From: an uncultured Gammaproteobacteria bacterium
GTDB lineage: Bacteria; Pseudomonadota; Gammaproteobacteria; Steroidobacterales; Steroidobacteraceae
Reading direction: 5' to 3'
DNA length: 64,000 nt
Assembly (NCBI GenBank): GCA_963747145.1
Contig: CAVVDZ010000006.1
Span: 311,756 to 375,755 of the forward strand
Positions 1 to 12,701 of this stretch are shown in pieces. The translations under genes and the position numbers were made by a program. The notes beneath the pieces are model-generated. The model did not search any database. It saw nothing but the letters and a program-made list of their open reading frames with translations, and was not told the origin of the DNA. How positions within the stretch are numbered: the stretch's first letter is position 1; every line of letters starts with the position of its first letter.

Positions 1-3000
1 GAGGCCGGCCACCGTGACGTTTTTGCCGCCGCTCCCTCCCCATTGCGTCGTGCCGGCTGCAGGCCGCGGGCCACCGAGGTCCGCGATGCGCGCCGCCACC
101 AGCTGGCGCAGTTCCTGCTCGTAAGCCGCGATCGGATGGCCCGTCAGGTAGAGCCCCAGCGTGTCGCGCTCGCCCTGCAGGCGTTCGGCATCGCTCCATT
201 CCGGGAGCACCGCGACGACGATCGGCGAGCGCGTATTGGCGGTGGCCGGTTCGGCCAGCCCGCCGAACAGGTCATCCTGGCCCGCGGCGACGGCTCGTGT
301 GCTCTGCTCCCCGAACTGCATCGCCGCTGGAACCATGCTGGCGAGCGTCGCGCGATTCAGCCCGAAGCCGTCGAAGCAGCCAGCCTTGACCATGGCCTCG
401 AGCGTGCGACGCCCGACCTGGCGCAGGTCCACGCGCCCGCACAGGTCCGCGAGATCCCGGAATGGCCCGCCGCGCTCGCGTTCCAGGACGATCGTGTTGA
501 CGGCGCCCTGGCCAACGCCCTTGACGGCTCCGAGGCCGTAGCGGATCGATCCGGGCCCGGCCACCGTAAACTGGTACATCGAGTGGTTGACGTCGGGCGG
601 CAGCACTTCGAGGCCCATGCCGCTGCATTCGTCGATGAACGACACGACCTTGTCCGTGTGGTCCATGTCGGACGACAGCACGGCCGCCATGAACGCTTCC
701 GGATAATGGGTCTTGAGCCACGCGGTCTGGTACGCGAGCAGCGCATAAGCCGCCGAATGTGACTTGTTGAATCCGTAGCCCGCGAATTTCTCGATCAGCT
801 CGAAAATCTGCGCGGCCCGCGGCGGCGAGACCCCCCGCGCGATGGCGCCGTCGATGAATACGGACCGCTGCGTGGCCATTTCTTCCGGGCTCTTCTTGCC
901 CATCGCGCGCCGCAGCAGGTCGGCGCCGCCCAGCGTGTAGCCGGAGAGCGTCTGCGCGATCTGCATCACCTGCTCCTGGTACAGGATCACGCCATAGGTC
1001 GGCTTCAGGATGTCGGTCAGGCTTGGGTGCAGGTAGTCGATGGCCGCTTCATTGCGCCCATGCTTGCGCGTCATGAAATCGTCCACCATGCCGGACTGCA
1101 GCGGTCCCGGCCGGAACAGTGCGACGAGGGCGACGATGTCGTCGAAGCAGTCCGGCTGGAGCTTGCGCACCAGGTCCTTCATGCCGCGCGATTCGAGCTG
1201 GAAGATCGCCGTCGTCCGGCAGGACTTCAGCATCCGGTAGGTGTCCGCGTCGTCGAGCGGCAGGCGGCGGATGTCGAGCAGCGGCTCGCCCGTCTTTCCG
1301 CGCTCCACATTCACGAGCTTCACGGTCCAGTCGATGATCGTCAGCGTGCGCAGTCCCAGGAAATCGAATTTCACGAGCCCGATCAGCTCGACGTCGTCCT
1401 TGTCGAACTGCGTGACGATGCTGCCGGCGCCCTGTTCCCGGTAGAGCGGGCTGAAGTCGGTCAGCACCGACGGCGCGATCACGACGCCCCCGGCATGCGT
1501 GCCGGCATTTCTCGCGAGACCCTCCAGCTGCTGTGCCAGGTCGATCAGGTCGCGGACTTCATCTTCCGTGCGGTAGCGCCTGGCGAGCTCCGGCTCCTTC
1601 TCCAGCGCATCGGCGAGCGTGATCCCCAGTTCGAACGGAATCAGCTTCGCGACGCTGTCCACGAAGCCGTACGGGTGTCCCAGCACCCGGCCGACGTCGC
1701 GCACGACGGCGCGCGCCGCCAGCGAACCGAAGGTGATGATCTGCGACACCCGGTCGCGGCCGTAGCGGTCCGCGACGTAGTCGATGACCTGGTCGCGGCG
1801 CGCCATGCAGAAGTCGATGTCGAAATCCGGCATCGACACGCGTTCCGGGTTCAGGAATCGCTCGAACAGCAGGTCGTGCTGCAGCGGGTCGAGGTCGGTG
1901 ATGCCGAGCGACCATGCGACCAGCGAGCCTGCCCCTGATCCACGTCCCGGACCGACAGGAATCCCCTGCTCGCGCGCCCAGCGGATGAAATCCGCGACCA
2001 CGAGGAAGTAGCCCTCGAAGGCCATCTCGCAGATGACCCGCAGCTCCTCGGCGAGCCGCAGCCGGTAACGCGACTCCTCCACCGGCCGGATCACGAGCGC
2101 CGGCGCAGCCAGGAGCGCCGCAAGCCGCCGGTCGAGCCCCTGCTCGGCCAGCACGCGCAGGTATTCCGTGACCGTGGAGCCGTCCGGCACCGCGAAAGCC
2201 GGCAGGTAACTCCGGCCGAGCGTCAATGCGAGCGAACAGCGCCGCGCGATCTCGACGCTGTTGGCGATCGCCTCCGGCAGGTCCGCAAAGAGCTCCGCCA
2301 TTTCCGCGGGGCTCTTCAGGTACTGCTCCTGCGAGTAGCGTCGCGGCCGGCTGGGATCGTCGAGCCTTGCGCCGTCATGGATGCAGACCCTGGCCTCGTG
2401 CGCCTCGAATTCCTCACGCGCCAGGAAGCGCACGTCGTTGGTTGCGACGACTGGCGCGGGCAACAGCGCGACGAGCGCAAGCACTTCGTTGACATGCGCC
2501 TCCTCGCCGTTCCGGCCCGTGCGCTGCACCTCGAGGTAATAGCGATCGCCGAACAACTCGAGCCAGGCCGCGAGCTGGGCGCGCGCTTCTTCGTGGCGGC
2601 CCGCCGCCAAAGCCCGCCCGATATCGCCTTCCGCTGCGCCCGACAGGGCAATCAGCCCCGCGGTCGTCGACTCATCGAGCCACGCCCGCTCGAGCAGCGG
2701 ACGGCCGCGATCCTGGCCCTCCAGGTAGCTTCGCGACACAAGCCGGGTCAGGTTGCGATAGCCGGCGAGATTTTGCGCCAGCATGGTCAGCCGGCTGGGT
2801 TCGGCGCGATCGCCCTCTTCGCGCAACCAGACGTCGACGCCGATGATGGGCTTGACGCCCTGGCGCTGGGCCTCGCGGTAGAACTTGACCATTGCGAACA
2901 GGTTGCCCTGGTCGGTCAGGCCGACGGCCGGCATGCCGGATCCGGCGACCGCCTGCATCAGGCGAGGCACGCGCACGATGCCGTCCACCAGCGAATATTC

Positions 3001-3060
3001 CGTGTGGAGCCGCAGGTGGACGAATGTCGGTTTCGGGTCCCTGGCTTCAGCTCGGCGCAT
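1..3060 (-). CDS. dnaE: DNA polymerase III alpha subunit (3' end cut by window edge)
   Basis: My own minus-strand translation from the ATG at 3060 reads [27 protein letters not shown]... and continues without a stop to position 1. It passes PDFDIDFC and [15 protein letters not shown] pol III alpha motifs. It is missing from the ORF track only because it runs off the edge. It follows rnhB, as in the conserved lpxB-rnhB-dnaE order. Confidence 0.92.
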   Translation of the reverse strand, partial: MRRAEARDPKPTFVHLRLHTEYSLVDGIVRVPRLMQAVAGSGMPAVGLTDQGNLFAMVKFYREAQRQGVKPIIGVDVWLREEGDRAEPSRLTMLAQNLAGYRNLTRLVSRSYLEGQDRGRPLLERAWLDESTTAGLIALSGAAEGDIGRALAAGRHEEARAQLAAWLELFGDRYYLEVQRTGRNGEEAHVNEVLALVALLPAPVVATNDVRFLAREEFEAHEARVCIHDGARLDDPSRPRRYSQEQYLKSPAEMAELFADLPEAIANSVEIARRCSLALTLGRSYLPAFAVPDGSTVTEYLRVLAEQGLDRRLAALLAAPALVIRPVEESRYRLRLAEELRVICEMAFEGYFLVVADFIRWAREQGIPVGPGRGSGAGSLVAWSLGITDLDPLQHDLLFERFLNPERVSMPDFDIDFCMARRDQVIDYVADRYGRDRVSQIITFGSLAARAVVRDVGRVLGHPYGFVDSVAKLIPFELGITLADALEKEPELARRYRTEDEVRDLIDLAQQLEGLARNAGTHAGGVVIAPSVLTDFSPLYREQGAGSIVTQFDKDDVELIGLVKFDFLGLRTLTIIDWTVKLVNVERGKTGEPLLDIRRLPLDDADTYRMLKSCRTTAIFQLESRGMKDLVRKLQPDCFDDIVALVALFRPGPLQSGMVDDFMTRKHGRNEAAIDYLHPSLTDILKPTYGVILYQEQVMQIAQTLSGYTLGGADLLRRAMGKKSPEEMATQRSVFIDGAIARGVSPPRAAQIFELIEKFAGYGFNKSHSAAYALLAYQTAWLKTHYPEAFMAAVLSSDMDHTDKVVSFIDECSGMGLEVLPPDVNHSMYQFTVAGPGSIRYGLGAVKGVGQGAVNTIVLERERGGPFRDLADLCGRVDLRQVGRRTLEAMVKAGCFDGFGLNRATLASMVPAAMQFGEQSTRAVAAGQDDLFGGLAEPATANTRSPIVVAVLPEWSDAERLQGERDTLGLYLTGHPIAAYEQELRQLVAARIADLGGPRPAAGTTQWGGSGGKNVTVAGL

Positions 3061-3655
3061 GCAGCGATCTTACCGGCGCGAAGCTCTGTCGGTGCAGGCG
3101 GCAGGGGCCTTGTGCCGCCAGGCGGCGCAGATGGTCCGGCGTCGGATAACCCTTGTGGCGCTCGAAGTCATAACCGGGGTAGCTGACGGCGACGCGGGCC
3201 ATCCACGCATCCCGGCTGGTCTTTGCGAGGATCGAGGCGGCGCTGATCTCGGCCACCAGCGCGTCGCCACCGACGATGGCCTCGACACTGCAGGCAAAGC
3301 CGAGTGCGGAGACGCAGGGGCAGCGGTTGCCGTCCACCCGCACATGGCCGGGCTGGATCGCCAGTCCCTGCAGGGCCCTGCGCATGGCGAGATGGCTCGC
3401 CTGCAGGATGTCGAGCACGTCGATTTCGCCGGCGTCGGCCCAGCCGATGGCCCAGGCCATCGCCTTGCTTCGGATCTCCGCCGCGAGCCGCAGCCGGGCG
3501 GGCGCGCTGAGCTCCTTCGAGTCCCTCAGGCCCCGGATCGCCCGCGCGGGATCGAGGATCACGGCCGCGGCCACCACCGGTCCGGCGAGCGGCCCGCGGC
3601 CGGCTTCATCGACACCGGCCACAGGAACGGCCATTGGCCGGAGCATTGCGCTCAT
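3047..3655 (-). CDS. rnhB: Ribonuclease HII
   Basis: 202-aa ORF containing [23 protein letters not shown] (RNase HII active-site DEAGRG). It overlaps the lpxB stop and the dnaE start. Confidence 0.9.
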   Translation of the reverse strand: MSAMLRPMAVPVAGVDEAGRGPLAGPVVAAAVILDPARAIRGLRDSKELSAPARLRLAAEIRSKAMAWAIGWADAGEIDVLDILQASHLAMRRALQGLAIQPGHVRVDGNRCPCVSALGFACSVEAIVGGDALVAEISAASILAKTSRDAWMARVAVSYPGYDFERHKGYPTPDHLRRLAAQGPCRLHRQSFAPVRSLHAPS

Positions 3656-4818
3656 GCGCGATGTCCCTGGACCAGTCCCAGGACGGCCTCGGCCGCGCGG
3701 TCGCTGGCACCGGCCCGCAGCTCGCGGTGGATGACCGTGAACTGCGCAACCAGCGCCGCCACTTCGGCCGGTGCTTCGAGCCAGCGCTCGATTTCGCGGC
3801 CCAGGCGTTCGGGACTGACATTGCCCTGGGCCAGTTCCGGGACGACCTGCCTGCCGGCCAGCAGGTTCGGTTGCGCAAAGAATGGCGCTTTCAGCAGGCG
3901 CAGCGAACGCAGCGCCAGGGCCGTCATCCAGCCGAGGCGATAGGCGACGACCATCGGCCGCTTGCAGAGGAGTGTCTCGAGGGTCGCCGTTCCGGAAGCG
4001 ACGAGTACCACGTCGGCCGCCGTGAGCGCCGCCTGCGAGCGCCCGTCGATGACCTTGACGGGAACGCCCGGCGCGCGGCGCGCCAGCGCAGTCTCGAATA
4101 GTGCGCGGGTCCTGCCGCTCGTGAGGGGCGCGACAAACTGCAATCCGGGCCGCCGCGCGGCGAGCCAGGCGATCGCGCCCGCGAAATCATCCGCGAGGCG
4201 CGCGACTTCGCCGACGCGGCTCCCCGGCAGTACGGCGAGAACCTGGCTGTCGGACGGAAGCGCGAGGCTCGCGCGGGCGGCCGCGCGATCAGGCGAGAGC
4301 GGCAGCTGGTCGGCCAGCGGATGGCCGACAAACACGGCTTTCAGGCCCGCGGAATCGTAGATCCGGGGCTCGAAGGGCAAGAGGCACAGCACGAGATCAA
4401 GGTAGCCCGCCATCCGGCGCGCGCGGCCCTGACGCCAGGCCCAGACCTGCGGACTCACGTATTGCACCGTGCGGATACCCGCGCCATGCAGTACGGCGGC
4501 CAGACTCAGGTTGAACTCCGGCGCATCGATGCCGATGAACACATCCGGCCGCTCGATGAGGAAACGGCGGCGCAGTGTGCGGCGCAGGCGCAGCAGGCGC
4601 GGCAGGTGATGCAGCACCTCGAAGAGGCCCATGACCGCGAGTTCGTCCGCCGGCGCCCAGGCCTCGCAGCCCTCGGCAGCCATGGCGGGACCGGCGACGC
4701 CGGCAAACCGCGTGCCGGGCGCTCGCTCACGGATGGCCCTGATCAATGCCGCACCGAGGTTGTCTCCGGAGGATTCGCCGGCGACCAGGCCGATCGTCAG
4801 CGTCTTGCCGGGTGTCAT
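3652..4818 (-). CDS. lpxB: Lipid-A-disaccharide synthase
   Basis: The track ORF 3652..5211 overlaps lpxA, so I trimmed it to the internal ATG at 4818 ([29 protein letters not shown]...). This start overlaps the lpxA stop as ATGA. Length is 388 aa, typical for LpxB. Confidence 0.9.
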   Translation of the reverse strand: MTPGKTLTIGLVAGESSGDNLGAALIRAIRERAPGTRFAGVAGPAMAAEGCEAWAPADELAVMGLFEVLHHLPRLLRLRRTLRRRFLIERPDVFIGIDAPEFNLSLAAVLHGAGIRTVQYVSPQVWAWRQGRARRMAGYLDLVLCLLPFEPRIYDSAGLKAVFVGHPLADQLPLSPDRAAARASLALPSDSQVLAVLPGSRVGEVARLADDFAGAIAWLAARRPGLQFVAPLTSGRTRALFETALARRAPGVPVKVIDGRSQAALTAADVVLVASGTATLETLLCKRPMVVAYRLGWMTALALRSLRLLKAPFFAQPNLLAGRQVVPELAQGNVSPERLGREIERWLEAPAEVAALVAQFTVIHRELRAGASDRAAEAVLGLVQGHRA

Positions 4819-5588
4819 CAGCGAATGATGCTGCGTTCGCTCGCCGCCAGGAATTGCACGAAGGGCAGCAGTTCCGGCTGGTCTGCCGCGAGCGCCTGCA
4901 ATTGCTCGGTTGCGGCCGCGAGCTTGAGCCCCGACCGGTACAGGAGCCGGTAGGCATTGCGGATGTTCGCAATCTGTGCCGGGCCGAAGCCGCGCCGTTT
5001 GAGGCCCTCGCTGTTGACGCCCTTCGGTTCCGCGGGCGTGCCGGCCACGAGCAGGTACGGCGGCACATCCCGGGTGACTGCGGCGTTGTTGGCCATGAAC
5101 GAGTGGGCGCCCACCTTGCAGAACTGGTGGACGCCGGAATAGCCCGACAGGATCACCCAGTCGCCGAGTTCGACATGGCCTGCGAGTGCCGTGCAATTCG
5201 ACATCACGCACTGGCTGCCGACGATGCAGTCGTGTCCCACGTGCGAATAGGCCATGAACAGGTTGTCGTCGCCGATCTTCGTCAAGGCGCGGCCGCCGGC
5301 CGTGCCGCGATTGATCGAGCAGAATTCGCGGAACACGTTGCGGTCGCCGACCTCGAGCCGGGTCGGTTCGCCCTGGTACTTCTTGTCCTGCGGCGCGTCG
5401 CCGATGGAAGCGAACTGGAAAACCTTGTTGTCGCGGCCGAGCGTCGTCGGCCCGTTGATGACAGCATGGGGCCCGATCCAGCTGCCTGCGCCGATGCGGA
5501 CCCCCGCACCGATGATCGTGTAGGCGCCAACTTCGACGCCCTCGGCGATCTCGGCATCCGCTGCCACGATGGCCCGCGGGTCGATCAC
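4818..5588 (-). CDS. lpxA: UDP-N-acetylglucosamine acyltransferase
   Basis: 256 aa, [27 protein letters not shown], with hexapeptide repeats. Position between fabZ and lpxB. Confidence 0.93.
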   Translation of the reverse strand: MIDPRAIVAADAEIAEGVEVGAYTIIGAGVRIGAGSWIGPHAVINGPTTLGRDNKVFQFASIGDAPQDKKYQGEPTRLEVGDRNVFREFCSINRGTAGGRALTKIGDDNLFMAYSHVGHDCIVGSQCVMSNCTALAGHVELGDWVILSGYSGVHQFCKVGAHSFMANNAAVTRDVPPYLLVAGTPAEPKGVNSEGLKRRGFGPAQIANIRNAYRLLYRSGLKLAAATEQLQALAADQPELLPFVQFLAASERSIIR

Positions 5589-6040
5589 GACTGGGCTCCC
5601 GGCGCGACCATCATCACGGCAGAGGCGACTTCCTCCCCGCCGACCTCGGCGACCGTCGAGAATTTCCAGATGCCGCGCATCGCGCGTTCGAATGTCGCCT
5701 TCAGCGCCAGCTGGTCGCCCGGCTCGACCGGGCGCCGGAAGCGCGCCTTGTCGATGCCGACGAAATAAAACCGCGTGTTCTCGTCCGGCACGATGCCTGC
5801 GGTCTTGAACGCGAGGATGCCGGCTGCCTGGGCGAGCGCTTCGAGGATCATGACTCCCGGCATGACGGGCCGGTGGGGGAAATGGCCGGAAAAGAACGGC
5901 TCATTGACCGTGACGTTCTTGATCGCGTGGATGCGCTTGCCCGGCACGCATTCGATGACCCGGTCCACCAGCAGCATTGGATAGCGATGCGGGAGCTGCT
6001 TGAGCACCGCGTTGATGTCCATCGAGAAGCCTTCGCTCAT
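5585..6040 (-). CDS. fabZ: 3-hydroxyacyl-ACP dehydratase
   Basis: 151 aa containing [13 protein letters not shown] and [23 protein letters not shown], the FabZ hot-dog signature. Confidence 0.93.
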   Translation of the reverse strand: MSEGFSMDINAVLKQLPHRYPMLLVDRVIECVPGKRIHAIKNVTVNEPFFSGHFPHRPVMPGVMILEALAQAAGILAFKTAGIVPDENTRFYFVGIDKARFRRPVEPGDQLALKATFERAMRGIWKFSTVAEVGGEEVASAVMMVAPGAQS

Positions 6041-7086
6041 TCGTCCGTCTCCTGGCCCGGCCCGTTGCCGCTTTCGAGCCGCGCCAGCCGCCGCTCGAGA
6101 GCATCGAGTCGCCGCAGCCTGGCAACCGTGCGGCGCCAGTCGATCGACTGGATCGCCGGCATCCCGGATGAGTAGGTCCCCGGTCCCGGCAGCGAATGCG
6201 TGACCATCGAGTAGCCCGTCACGATGACGTCGTCACCGATCTCGAGGTGCCCGACGATGCCGACCGCGCCGCCGATCATGCAGCGTCGCCCGATGATCGT
6301 GCTGCCGGAAATGCCGGCGCAGCCCGCGACCACCGTGTGCGCGCCGATCCGGCAGTTATGGCCGACCTGCACCTGGTTGTCCAGCTTGACGCCGTCGTCG
6401 ATGACCGTGTCCTCGATCGTGCCGCGGTCGATGGTCGTGTTGCAGCCGACCTCGACGTCGTTGCCGATCCGAAGGCCGCCAAGATGCGGCACCTTGACGA
6501 ATCCGTCGGGGGCCGGTGCAAAACCGAAGCCATCGCTGCCGACCACTGCGCCCGGCTTGAAGATGCAGCGTGCACCGATCGTCGCGTGATGGCCGATCGT
6601 GACACCGGCCTGCAGCCGGCAGTCATCGCCGAGTCGCGCACCCTCCTCGATGACGCAGTTGGGGCCGATCGAGCAGCGCTCGCCGATCACTGCGCGCTCA
6701 CCGACGACCGCATTGGGGCCGACCCAGGCGCTCGCCGCGACTCTCGCACTGCCGGCGATGCTGGCACCCGGGGCGATGCCCGAGGTCACTGCGGGCTCTG
6801 GATACATTCCCGCGGCGATCCGCGCGTAGGCGGCATAGGGATGGGGGCTGATGAGCGCTGCGACCGGGCACTCCGGCAGCAACTCGCGCGCGAGCACGAC
6901 GGCCGTCGCCTTCGTGGCCGCGAGCTGGCGGCGGTACTTTGCACTGCTGCAGAAGCTGAGGGTGCCCGGCGTCGCCGATGCGAGCGCGGCGACGCCATCA
7001 ACCTTGAGGCCAGGATCCCCGGAGAGTTCGAGTCCGTAGCGAACCGCAAGCTCGCCGAGCGTGATCGCCATGGCGGCGCTCCCCAC
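6037..7086 (-). CDS. lpxD: UDP-3-O-acylglucosamine N-acyltransferase
   Basis: 349 aa with long left-handed beta-helix hexapeptide repeats. Position between skp and fabZ. Confidence 0.93.
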   Translation of the reverse strand: MGSAAMAITLGELAVRYGLELSGDPGLKVDGVAALASATPGTLSFCSSAKYRRQLAATKATAVVLARELLPECPVAALISPHPYAAYARIAAGMYPEPAVTSGIAPGASIAGSARVAASAWVGPNAVVGERAVIGERCSIGPNCVIEEGARLGDDCRLQAGVTIGHHATIGARCIFKPGAVVGSDGFGFAPAPDGFVKVPHLGGLRIGNDVEVGCNTTIDRGTIEDTVIDDGVKLDNQVQVGHNCRIGAHTVVAGCAGISGSTIIGRRCMIGGAVGIVGHLEIGDDVIVTGYSMVTHSLPGPGTYSSGMPAIQSIDWRRTVARLRRLDALERRLARLESGNGPGQETDE

Positions 7087-7103
7087 TGGCGGTGGCCCGC
7101 CGC

Positions 7104-7658
7104 TCAGGGCTTGGGCGCTGGGGCGGGCGTCGCTGCCGGCGCCTTGGCCTTCACGGCCGCGATCACCTGCGGCGTGATGTCCACCGCATCGGCCGCGAAC
7201 AGCACGCCATCGCTTATGATCAGCTGGTAGCCATTGGCACGCGCGTAGACCTGCACTTCCTGGAGCAGCGCGCGCTGCACCTTGCCGAATTCCTCGTTGC
7301 GCCGCAGGTTGGCGTCCTCCTGCAATTCGTTGAAGCGCCGCTGCAGGTTGATCTCGCCTTCGCGGACGTCCCGTTCAGCCTTCGTGCGGTCCGCCTCGGA
7401 CATGACGGCGGCCTCGCGCTTCAGCTTGTCGGACTTTTCCTGCAGGGTCTTCTGCTGGCTGGCGAGATCGCGCTGCCGCGGCATGAACTCGCCCTCGAGC
7501 GCCTGCTGGGCCGCTCGCGCCTGCGGCGATTCCTCGAGGAGCCGGCCCGTATTCACGTAGCCGATCTTGATTTCGGCCTGGGCCGCCACCGGCAGGGCCG
7601 CGAAAACGACTGCCGAAAGCAGTGCGCAGGGAATGGAAAGCCTGGTCATGGTTGTCAT
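7104..7658 (-). CDS. skp: Periplasmic chaperone Skp/OmpH
   Basis: I trimmed the track ORF to the ATG at 7658: MTTMTRLSIPCALLSAVVFAALPVAAQAEIKIGYV (signal peptide), followed by a coiled-coil Q/E/R-rich body. It lies between bamA and lpxD. Confidence 0.8.
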   Translation of the reverse strand: MTTMTRLSIPCALLSAVVFAALPVAAQAEIKIGYVNTGRLLEESPQARAAQQALEGEFMPRQRDLASQQKTLQEKSDKLKREAAVMSEADRTKAERDVREGEINLQRRFNELQEDANLRRNEEFGKVQRALLQEVQVYARANGYQLIISDGVLFAADAVDITPQVIAAVKAKAPAATPAPAPKP

Positions 7659-7672
7659 CTTTTCTCGACTCG

Positions 7673-10108
7673 TCAGAAGGCGCCACCGATCGTGAACTGG
7701 AAGCGTTCGACTTCGTCCGGATAGCGGACCGCGTCGCCCTTGTACTCGTTCAGCGGGACGCCGTAGCTGAACCGGAACACGCCGAGCGGCGCAAGCCACT
7801 GCACCGCAATGCCCGCCGATTGCTTCAGCTCATTGTAATCGAACTTGTAGTCGACCGGCGTGACGCCATCGCGGCCGACGAAATGGATGCTCGAGCCCTG
7901 CGCAAACACGTTGCCGATGTCGTAGAAAAGGCCCATGCGCGTGCTCGCCCGCCATTTCTGGGGCACCGGGAACAGGAGCTCGGCGCGCCCGATCACCTTC
8001 ATGTTGCCGCCGTAGGGATTCCCGAAGCTGTCCTTGGGCCCGAGCCGGCTCTCCGAGTAGCCGCGCACGGACTCCGGCCCGCCGGCGAAGAACTGGCGGT
8101 ACGGCGGCAGCGCCGTCGTGTCATTGCCGAGCGCTTCGCCGTAGCCAAGTTCCCCGCTGAACGCGACCGTCCAGCGCTTGCCGAGGGGCAAGAGCTGCAG
8201 GAAATCGTAATTGAAGACGTAGTAGTTGACCTCGCTGCCGGGCGCAGCAAATGAGACCGAAAGCGAATGCTTCATGCCGCGGTCGGCGAAGATCGCGCGA
8301 TTGCGCGAATCGTAGAACCACCCGGTCACGAGCTCAAAGGTGTTGAACTTCGTGCCGAACAGGCAGCGGGTCGTCGGATCCGGGTCCTCGCAGTCCGGAT
8401 CGGGGATTTCGGTCGAGATGACGCGCGTATAGGGATTGCCATTGGCCCGGACCCAGGCCACGGCCTCCGCGGCGCTGCCGAGCGGATTGACCACCAGGTC
8501 GGACTGCTGCGCAACCAGCCCGAAGCGCAGGCCCTGGAATTCTGTGATCGGATATCCATATTCGATCGTGGCGGACATGGTCGTCGTCGAGAAATCCGAC
8601 GCCGCCGACACGAATTGCGTGATGTCGCGGTACTGCAGCCCGAGCGTGCGCGACAGGCCGTCGACACTCGTGTACGGGTCGGTGTGCGAAATGCTGTAGG
8701 ACTGCGAATAGCGGCCGGACACCAGTTCGACGGCGAGCCGCTCGCCCGAGCCCATGAAATTCGAATGCACGAAGCTGCCGTTCAGCATGAACGACTGCGA
8801 CTCCGAATAGCCGACGCCGCCGCTGAACTGCCCGGGCAGGCCTTCCTTGATGTCGAAGTCCACGTCCACCAGGTCCGGCGTTCCCGGCACCGGTTTCGAC
8901 TCGAATTCGACCTTCTCGATGTATGGCAGGCGCTGCAGGCGTTCTTTCGAGCGTTCCAGCAGCGCATTCGACAGGTACGAACCCTCGAGCTGGCGCAACT
9001 CGCGGCGCAGGACCTCGTCGTCGATCGCACTCGTGTTGATGAAGTTGATGCGCCGCACGTAGGCGCGGCTGCCGGGATCGACGAAGAAGGTCAGGCCGAC
9101 CGTCATCTTCTCGTCGTCAGCCTGCGGCACCGGGTCGATCTTGGCGAAGGCGTAGCCTTCCACGCCGAGCCGGTAGGCCAGCAGTTCCTGGGTCTGCGTG
9201 ATCAGCTTGCGGGAATAGGTCTGTCCCGGCTGGACCAGCAGCAGTTTCTTCAACTCCGCCTCGGGAACCTTCATCGTGCCGGCGAGCTTCACCTCGCCGA
9301 CCTTGTAGACATCGCCCTCATGGACATTGACCGTGATGAAGATGTCGTCCTTTTCGGGCGCGATCGCGACCTGCGTGGACTCCACCGCGAAATTCGCATA
9401 GCCGCGGTCCTGGTAGTAGGACTGCAGCTTCTCAAGGTCGCCCTGCAGGGACTCGCGCGAATAGCGGTCGTTCTGCTTGTACCAGGACAGCCATCCTGGC
9501 GTTTTCAGCTCGAAGTCCTCGAGCAGCGTCTCGTCGTCATACGCTTCGTTGCCGACCACGTTGATCTGGCGGATGCGAGCGCGCTTGCCCTCGACAACCG
9601 TGATCTTGATCTTGACCTTGTTGCCGGGGACCTCTTCCACCTTGGGATCGATGCGCACCGCGTACTTGCCGCGGCTGAAGTACTGGTCGGTCAGGTAGCC
9701 CTGAACCTCCTCGAGCACCGAGCGGTCGAATGTCTTGCCGGTCGCGAGGCCGACCGAGCGCAGCGATTTCTGCAGGTCTTCGGTCTTGATGTCCTTGTTC
9801 CCGGTGATCTCGAAGCTCTCGATGGACGGACGCTCGTACACGACGACGACCAGCGTCGAGCCGTCGCGCCGCAGTTCGATGTCGCGGAAAAAGCCCGTCG
9901 CAAACAGGGCGCGGATCGCTTCCTGGACGCGGCGCTCGTCGAGCCGGTCGCCGATATTGACCGGCAGGTAGTTGTAGATCGTGCCTTCCGAGATGCGCTG
10001 CAGGCCCTCGACGCGGATGTCGCCCACGATGAACTCGGGGCCCACGCCCTGCGCGAGCGCCGCGGGGACGTATGCCAGCAGGATGCCGCCGATGAGCCGT
10101 CGAAGCAT
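7673..10108 (-). CDS. bamA: Outer membrane protein assembly factor BamA
   Basis: I trimmed the track ORF to the ATG at 10108: MLRRLIGGILLAYVPAALAQG. It has POTRA repeats and a C-terminal barrel ending FQFTIGGAF. The upstream extension in the track would overlap rseP. Confidence 0.92.
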   Translation of the reverse strand: MLRRLIGGILLAYVPAALAQGVGPEFIVGDIRVEGLQRISEGTIYNYLPVNIGDRLDERRVQEAIRALFATGFFRDIELRRDGSTLVVVVYERPSIESFEITGNKDIKTEDLQKSLRSVGLATGKTFDRSVLEEVQGYLTDQYFSRGKYAVRIDPKVEEVPGNKVKIKITVVEGKRARIRQINVVGNEAYDDETLLEDFELKTPGWLSWYKQNDRYSRESLQGDLEKLQSYYQDRGYANFAVESTQVAIAPEKDDIFITVNVHEGDVYKVGEVKLAGTMKVPEAELKKLLLVQPGQTYSRKLITQTQELLAYRLGVEGYAFAKIDPVPQADDEKMTVGLTFFVDPGSRAYVRRINFINTSAIDDEVLRRELRQLEGSYLSNALLERSKERLQRLPYIEKVEFESKPVPGTPDLVDVDFDIKEGLPGQFSGGVGYSESQSFMLNGSFVHSNFMGSGERLAVELVSGRYSQSYSISHTDPYTSVDGLSRTLGLQYRDITQFVSAASDFSTTTMSATIEYGYPITEFQGLRFGLVAQQSDLVVNPLGSAAEAVAWVRANGNPYTRVISTEIPDPDCEDPDPTTRCLFGTKFNTFELVTGWFYDSRNRAIFADRGMKHSLSVSFAAPGSEVNYYVFNYDFLQLLPLGKRWTVAFSGELGYGEALGNDTTALPPYRQFFAGGPESVRGYSESRLGPKDSFGNPYGGNMKVIGRAELLFPVPQKWRASTRMGLFYDIGNVFAQGSSIHFVGRDGVTPVDYKFDYNELKQSAGIAVQWLAPLGVFRFSYGVPLNEYKGDAVRYPDEVERFQFTIGGAF

Positions 10109-10131
10109 GGGGAGTCCGATTCCTTGCGTGA

Positions 10132-11514
10132 TCAGCCGAGGAGCCGCGTGATGTCGTTGTAGAACGCGAAGCCCATCAGCAGTACCAGCATCGCGATGCC
10201 CAGTTTCTGGCCCAGCACCTGCGCCTGCATCGGCAGCGGGCCGCCCTTGGCCATCTCGACCAGCTGGTACACGATCTGGCCGCCGTCCAGGACCGGTATC
10301 GGCAGCAGGTTCAGCACTGCGAGCGAGATTGAAACGAGCGCCAGGAAACCGAGATAGTAGTTGAAGCCCTCGTTCGCCGTCAGCCCGGCGTATTGGGCGA
10401 TGTTGATCGGGCCGGAAATGTTCTTGGTCGAGACGTGCCCCGTCACCATCCGCCACAGGAATCGCACGGTCAGCGCGCTCTTGTCCCAGGTCTCACGCAC
10501 AGCCGGCGCAAATGCCGCGAGCACCCCGTAGCGTTCGACGGTCTGCATCGATTCCGGGAAGCCCGGGGCAGCGCTCGCATCCGCGCCGAGCCCGATCTGC
10601 CCGATGGTCCGCCCGCCGTCGTCCACGGCTTTCGGCACCAGCGTGAATGAAACGCGCTGCCCGCCCCGGATCGCGGTGAGCCGCGTGGATATTCCCGGGC
10701 GCGCACGAATCGCCTCGACGAATGCCGTGTACTCCGCGACCGGACGGCCTTCGACCTCGATAATGCGATCGCCTGGCTGGATGCCGGCGCGCTCGGCCGG
10801 ATCGCCCGGCGTCAGCACGCTGGCGATGACCGGCAGCGGTGGCGACCAGAACGAGAGTCCCAGACCGCGCAACAGGATCCCCGGTTCGGTCAGCCCGCGC
10901 TGCTCGCCTTCCGGGATCACGATTTCGAGCTTGCGCGGCGCCCCGTCGCGCCCGCGAACCTCGAGCGGGATGCGGCCTGAGCCTGCCACGCCTTCCAGGA
11001 TGCCGAGCACGGCTGACTGGCGCGTCGGTGTCGGACGGCCCGCGACGCTCAACAGTTCGTCATCGGGCCGCAGGTCGGCCGCTGCGGCGTAGGAGCCTTC
11101 CGTCACGTCGCCGATTACCGGCTTGAGGCCGGGAATGCCGTACAGGAACAGGATCCAGTACGCCGCGATCGCAAACAGGAAATTCGCGCCGGGGCCGGCC
11201 AGCAGCACGAGGATGCGCGCCAGTGGCGGACGGCGATTGAACGCGCGATGCTCTTCCCCCGGCGGCAGGGGCCCTTCGCGCTCGTCGAGCAGGCGCACGT
11301 AGCCACCGAGCGGTATCGCCGCCAGCACGTACTCGATCTGGTCCGCATCACGCCCGACGCGCCGCAGCAGCGGCTTGCCGAAGCCGAGCGAATAGCGCAG
11401 TACCTTGAACCCGAGTCGGCGCGCGACCCAGTAATGACCGAACTCATGCACCGAGACCAGCACGCCGATCGCGACGATGAAGGCGAGCACCGCGCTGATG
11501 AAGGCGAAGCTCAT
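10132..11514 (-). CDS. rseP: RIP zinc metalloprotease RseP
   Basis: 460 aa with an [10 protein letters not shown] (HExxH) motif in the first TM segment and PDZ-like central regions. Conserved position between dxr and bamA. Confidence 0.9.
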   Translation of the reverse strand: MSFAFISAVLAFIVAIGVLVSVHEFGHYWVARRLGFKVLRYSLGFGKPLLRRVGRDADQIEYVLAAIPLGGYVRLLDEREGPLPPGEEHRAFNRRPPLARILVLLAGPGANFLFAIAAYWILFLYGIPGLKPVIGDVTEGSYAAAADLRPDDELLSVAGRPTPTRQSAVLGILEGVAGSGRIPLEVRGRDGAPRKLEIVIPEGEQRGLTEPGILLRGLGLSFWSPPLPVIASVLTPGDPAERAGIQPGDRIIEVEGRPVAEYTAFVEAIRARPGISTRLTAIRGGQRVSFTLVPKAVDDGGRTIGQIGLGADASAAPGFPESMQTVERYGVLAAFAPAVRETWDKSALTVRFLWRMVTGHVSTKNISGPINIAQYAGLTANEGFNYYLGFLALVSISLAVLNLLPIPVLDGGQIVYQLVEMAKGGPLPMQAQVLGQKLGIAMLVLLMGFAFYNDITRLLG

Positions 11515-12701
11515 GCGCCCGCCGCCAGGCGCGTCATGAGCGCCGCGCCTGCCCGGTCGCGTGCCCAGGCATCGGCCGCCAGTGCGTCGTCCAGGGATCG
11601 TACCGGCCGTACCTGATGCTGCTGCAACACGCAGTCAATGACCGCCGCAATGTCGTCAAAGTTCAGACTTCGGTCGAGAAAGGCGCCCACGGCCACCTCG
11701 TTGGCGGCGTTCAGGACGGCAGGCAGCGTGCCGCCGGCGCGGGCCGCCTTGACCGCCAGTCCGAGGCAAGGAAATCGTTCCAGATCAGGGGCTTCGAAAG
11801 ACAATTGAGCAACCCGCACGAGGTCCAGCGATTCTACACCAGAGGTGATCCGTTCAGGCCAGCCAAGGGCGTGGGCAATCGGCACACGCATGTCCGGATG
11901 ACTGAGCTGGGCGAGCACCGAGCCGTCGTCGAACTCGACCAGTGAATGCACGATGCTTTGCGGGTGAATGACGATGCTGACCCGCTCCGGCCCGACCCCG
12001 AACAGGTGGCAGGCCTCGATCAGTTCCAGTCCCTTGTTCATCAACGTCGCAGAGTCCACGGAAATCTTGCGGCCCATGCGCCAGTTGGGATGGGCGACGG
12101 CCTGTTCCGGCGTCACCGAGGCGAAATCCTCGCGCCGCATCTTCAGGAACGGCCCGCCCGACGCGGTCAGCAGGATTCTTTTCACGCCCGGCGGCGGTCC
12201 GCCCCGATCCTGAGCGGGCGGCAGGCACTGGAAGACCGCGTTGTGTTCGCTGTCGATCGGCAGGATGCGCGAACCCGACTTGCGCGCGGTATCGATCAGG
12301 AGCGCACCCGCGAGCACGAGCGCTTCCTTGTTTGCGAGCAGGAGCTGCTTGCCGGCGGCGGCGGCCGCGAGTGTCGGCGCGAGGCCCGCGGCGCCGACGA
12401 TGGCGGCCATCACCAACTCCGCATCAGGCAGCGTTGCGATCGTGACCTGCGCTTCGGGACCGGCGAGGACCCGCGTGTCGCAACCGGCGGCGGCCAGGCG
12501 CTCCTTCAGCTGCGCCGCCGCATCCGGGTCGAGCATCGCTGCATAGGCGGGCCGGCAACGCAGGCATTGCCGGGCAAGGACATCGACATTCGCGCGGGCC
12601 GTGAGGCCGACGATCCGGAACCGGTCGGGATGGCGCAGCGCGACATCCAGGGTGTTCTCCCCGATCGAACCGGTGGAACCCAGGACGACGAGGCCCCTCA
12701 T
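11511..12701 (-). CDS. dxr: 1-deoxy-D-xylulose 5-phosphate reductoisomerase
   Basis: 396 aa containing [14 protein letters not shown] (NADPH site), LLANKE and IDSEHNA motifs. Confidence 0.93.
   Translation of the reverse strand: MRGLVVLGSTGSIGENTLDVALRHPDRFRIVGLTARANVDVLARQCLRCRPAYAAMLDPDAAAQLKERLAAAGCDTRVLAGPEAQVTIATLPDAELVMAAIVGAAGLAPTLAAAAAGKQLLLANKEALVLAGALLIDTARKSGSRILPIDSEHNAVFQCLPPAQDRGGPPPGVKRILLTASGGPFLKMRREDFASVTPEQAVAHPNWRMGRKISVDSATLMNKGLELIEACHLFGVGPERVSIVIHPQSIVHSLVEFDDGSVLAQLSHPDMRVPIAHALGWPERITSGVESLDLVRVAQLSFEAPDLERFPCLGLAVKAARAGGTLPAVLNAANEVAVGAFLDRSLNFDDIAAVIDCVLQQHQVRPVRSLDDALAADAWARDRAGAALMTRLAAGA

Noticed and set aside
8267-10162. A 631-aa plus-strand ORF, with many similar long ORFs elsewhere: 1027..1938, 15629..16987, 27480..29138, 42657..44648, 45719..46726 and 39250..40146.
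   Set aside because: All lie antisense to strongly conserved genes (bamA, dnaE, tsf/rpsB, phoU/porin, the GGDEF-EAL gene, typA, dusA). Their products are Arg/Ala/Gly/Pro-rich low-complexity strings with no recognisable motifs. Stop-poor antisense frames are expected at this GC content.
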